From the NCBI GenBank assembly GCA_950097015.1, contig CATNEN010000024.1, positions 5,642,001 through 5,706,000 on the forward strand: a stretch of 64,000 bases of DNA. The letters are read 5' to 3'. This stretch comes from Macrostomum hystrix (Eukaryota > Animalia > Platyhelminthes). The notes under the pieces are model-generated. The model saw only the letters and a list, made by a program, of their open reading frames with translations. It did no database searches and was not told where the DNA came from. The position numbers were made by a program, and so were the translations under genes. How positions within the stretch are numbered: the stretch's first letter is position 1; every line of letters starts with the position of its first letter. Positions 63,461-64,000 of the stretch are shown piece after piece.

Positions 63461-63806
63461 TCTGTTAATTTCTGTTCACTTCTGTTCATTTTGGGATTGC
63501 CAAATCCCATTTTGCATTTTTGTTCCCAGATGAAGGAAAGTCGAGAGGAGTCATGATTGCATTCAGTCATGACGCTTCTCTCCATAAAAATGAATGCTGG
63601 AATTCCAGAACATCGCAAGCAATGAAGGCAATCGCGAGACAGACACGCAATGATCAGTTTTTCACTTCAGCGCGGGGCAAAAGAAAAAAGTCTGGTTGGA
63701 AGCTGTGCGGCGCCTGGAACCGAAAGACACAACAGCAATTTGCGCAGTGCTGTGAGGGCTAGATGGCAAAGCACTTTGCAGCGCTACTGACATCGCAACT
63801 GTTTTG

Positions 63807-63998
63807 TCAAGCCTCCGGGTCACTGAAATACTGCGACCTTCCGGCTGCAAGAAGATGCATATTAGCCTTTTTTGCCGAGGTGGAATTTCTCGACGGGGGC
63901 AAAGTCAGGGCTGGCACAGTCTCTGGAATATTCTCGGCGTCAGTCAAAGAAGAGTGCCTGTACGCGCCACAGAGCAATCGGAATATGGACCCGGAAAA
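63807..63998 (-). CDS. Possible C-terminal exon of a gene entering from the right edge (GPCR helix-8-like)
   Basis: Open frame from the window end: FSGSIFRLLCGAYRHSSLTDAENIPETVPALTLPPSRNSTSAKKANMHLLAAGRSQYFSDPEA*. FRLLC resembles a 7TM receptor tail; weak evidence. Confidence 0.25.
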   Translation of the reverse strand, partial: FSGSIFRLLCGAYRHSSLTDAENIPETVPALTLPPSRNSTSAKKANMHLLAAGRSQYFSDPEA

Positions 63999-64000
63999 TA

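Noticed and set aside
1-64000. tRNA, rRNA, snRNA or spliced-leader RNA genes
   Set aside because: No T-loop/D-loop, rRNA or Sm-site patterns were recognised by eye; tRNAscan-SE/Infernal would be needed to exclude them.

Overview
Eukaryotic (animal) genomic DNA with GC-rich exons, GT-AG introns and about 36 distinct mini/microsatellite arrays covering roughly 45-50% of the window. The gene set and the satellite-filled introns suggest a free-living flatworm such as Macrostomum (inference). Most long ORFs in the supplied track are artefacts of tandem repeats. I assembled these genes by hand from phase-consistent splice sites: (1) the 5' half of a minus-strand ANF-receptor/iGluR-type ATD gene running off the left edge; (2) a type I transmembrane mucin; (3) a single-exon 281-aa protein; (4) a divergent 5-exon Wnt11-like gene; (5) a 6-exon calmodulin-like protein with four EF-hands; (6) an NPF/NPY precursor with the diagnostic RPR|F intron; (7) a 197-aa Ser-rich orphan; (8) a 13-exon, highly divergent ionotropic glutamate receptor-like gene. 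There is also a decayed Tc1/mariner transposase. The main finding is in gene 8: after M4, two further in-phase exons encode an S1 (OB-fold, RNA-binding) domain of the mitochondrial PNPase (PNPT1) type (LEF..Y.A.VT ... YFG.DP..G). This predicts an iGluR-S1 fusion channel that also lacks the SYTANLAAF gate motif and a clearly placed ligand-binding Arg. All models are manual and untested against transcripts or databases.
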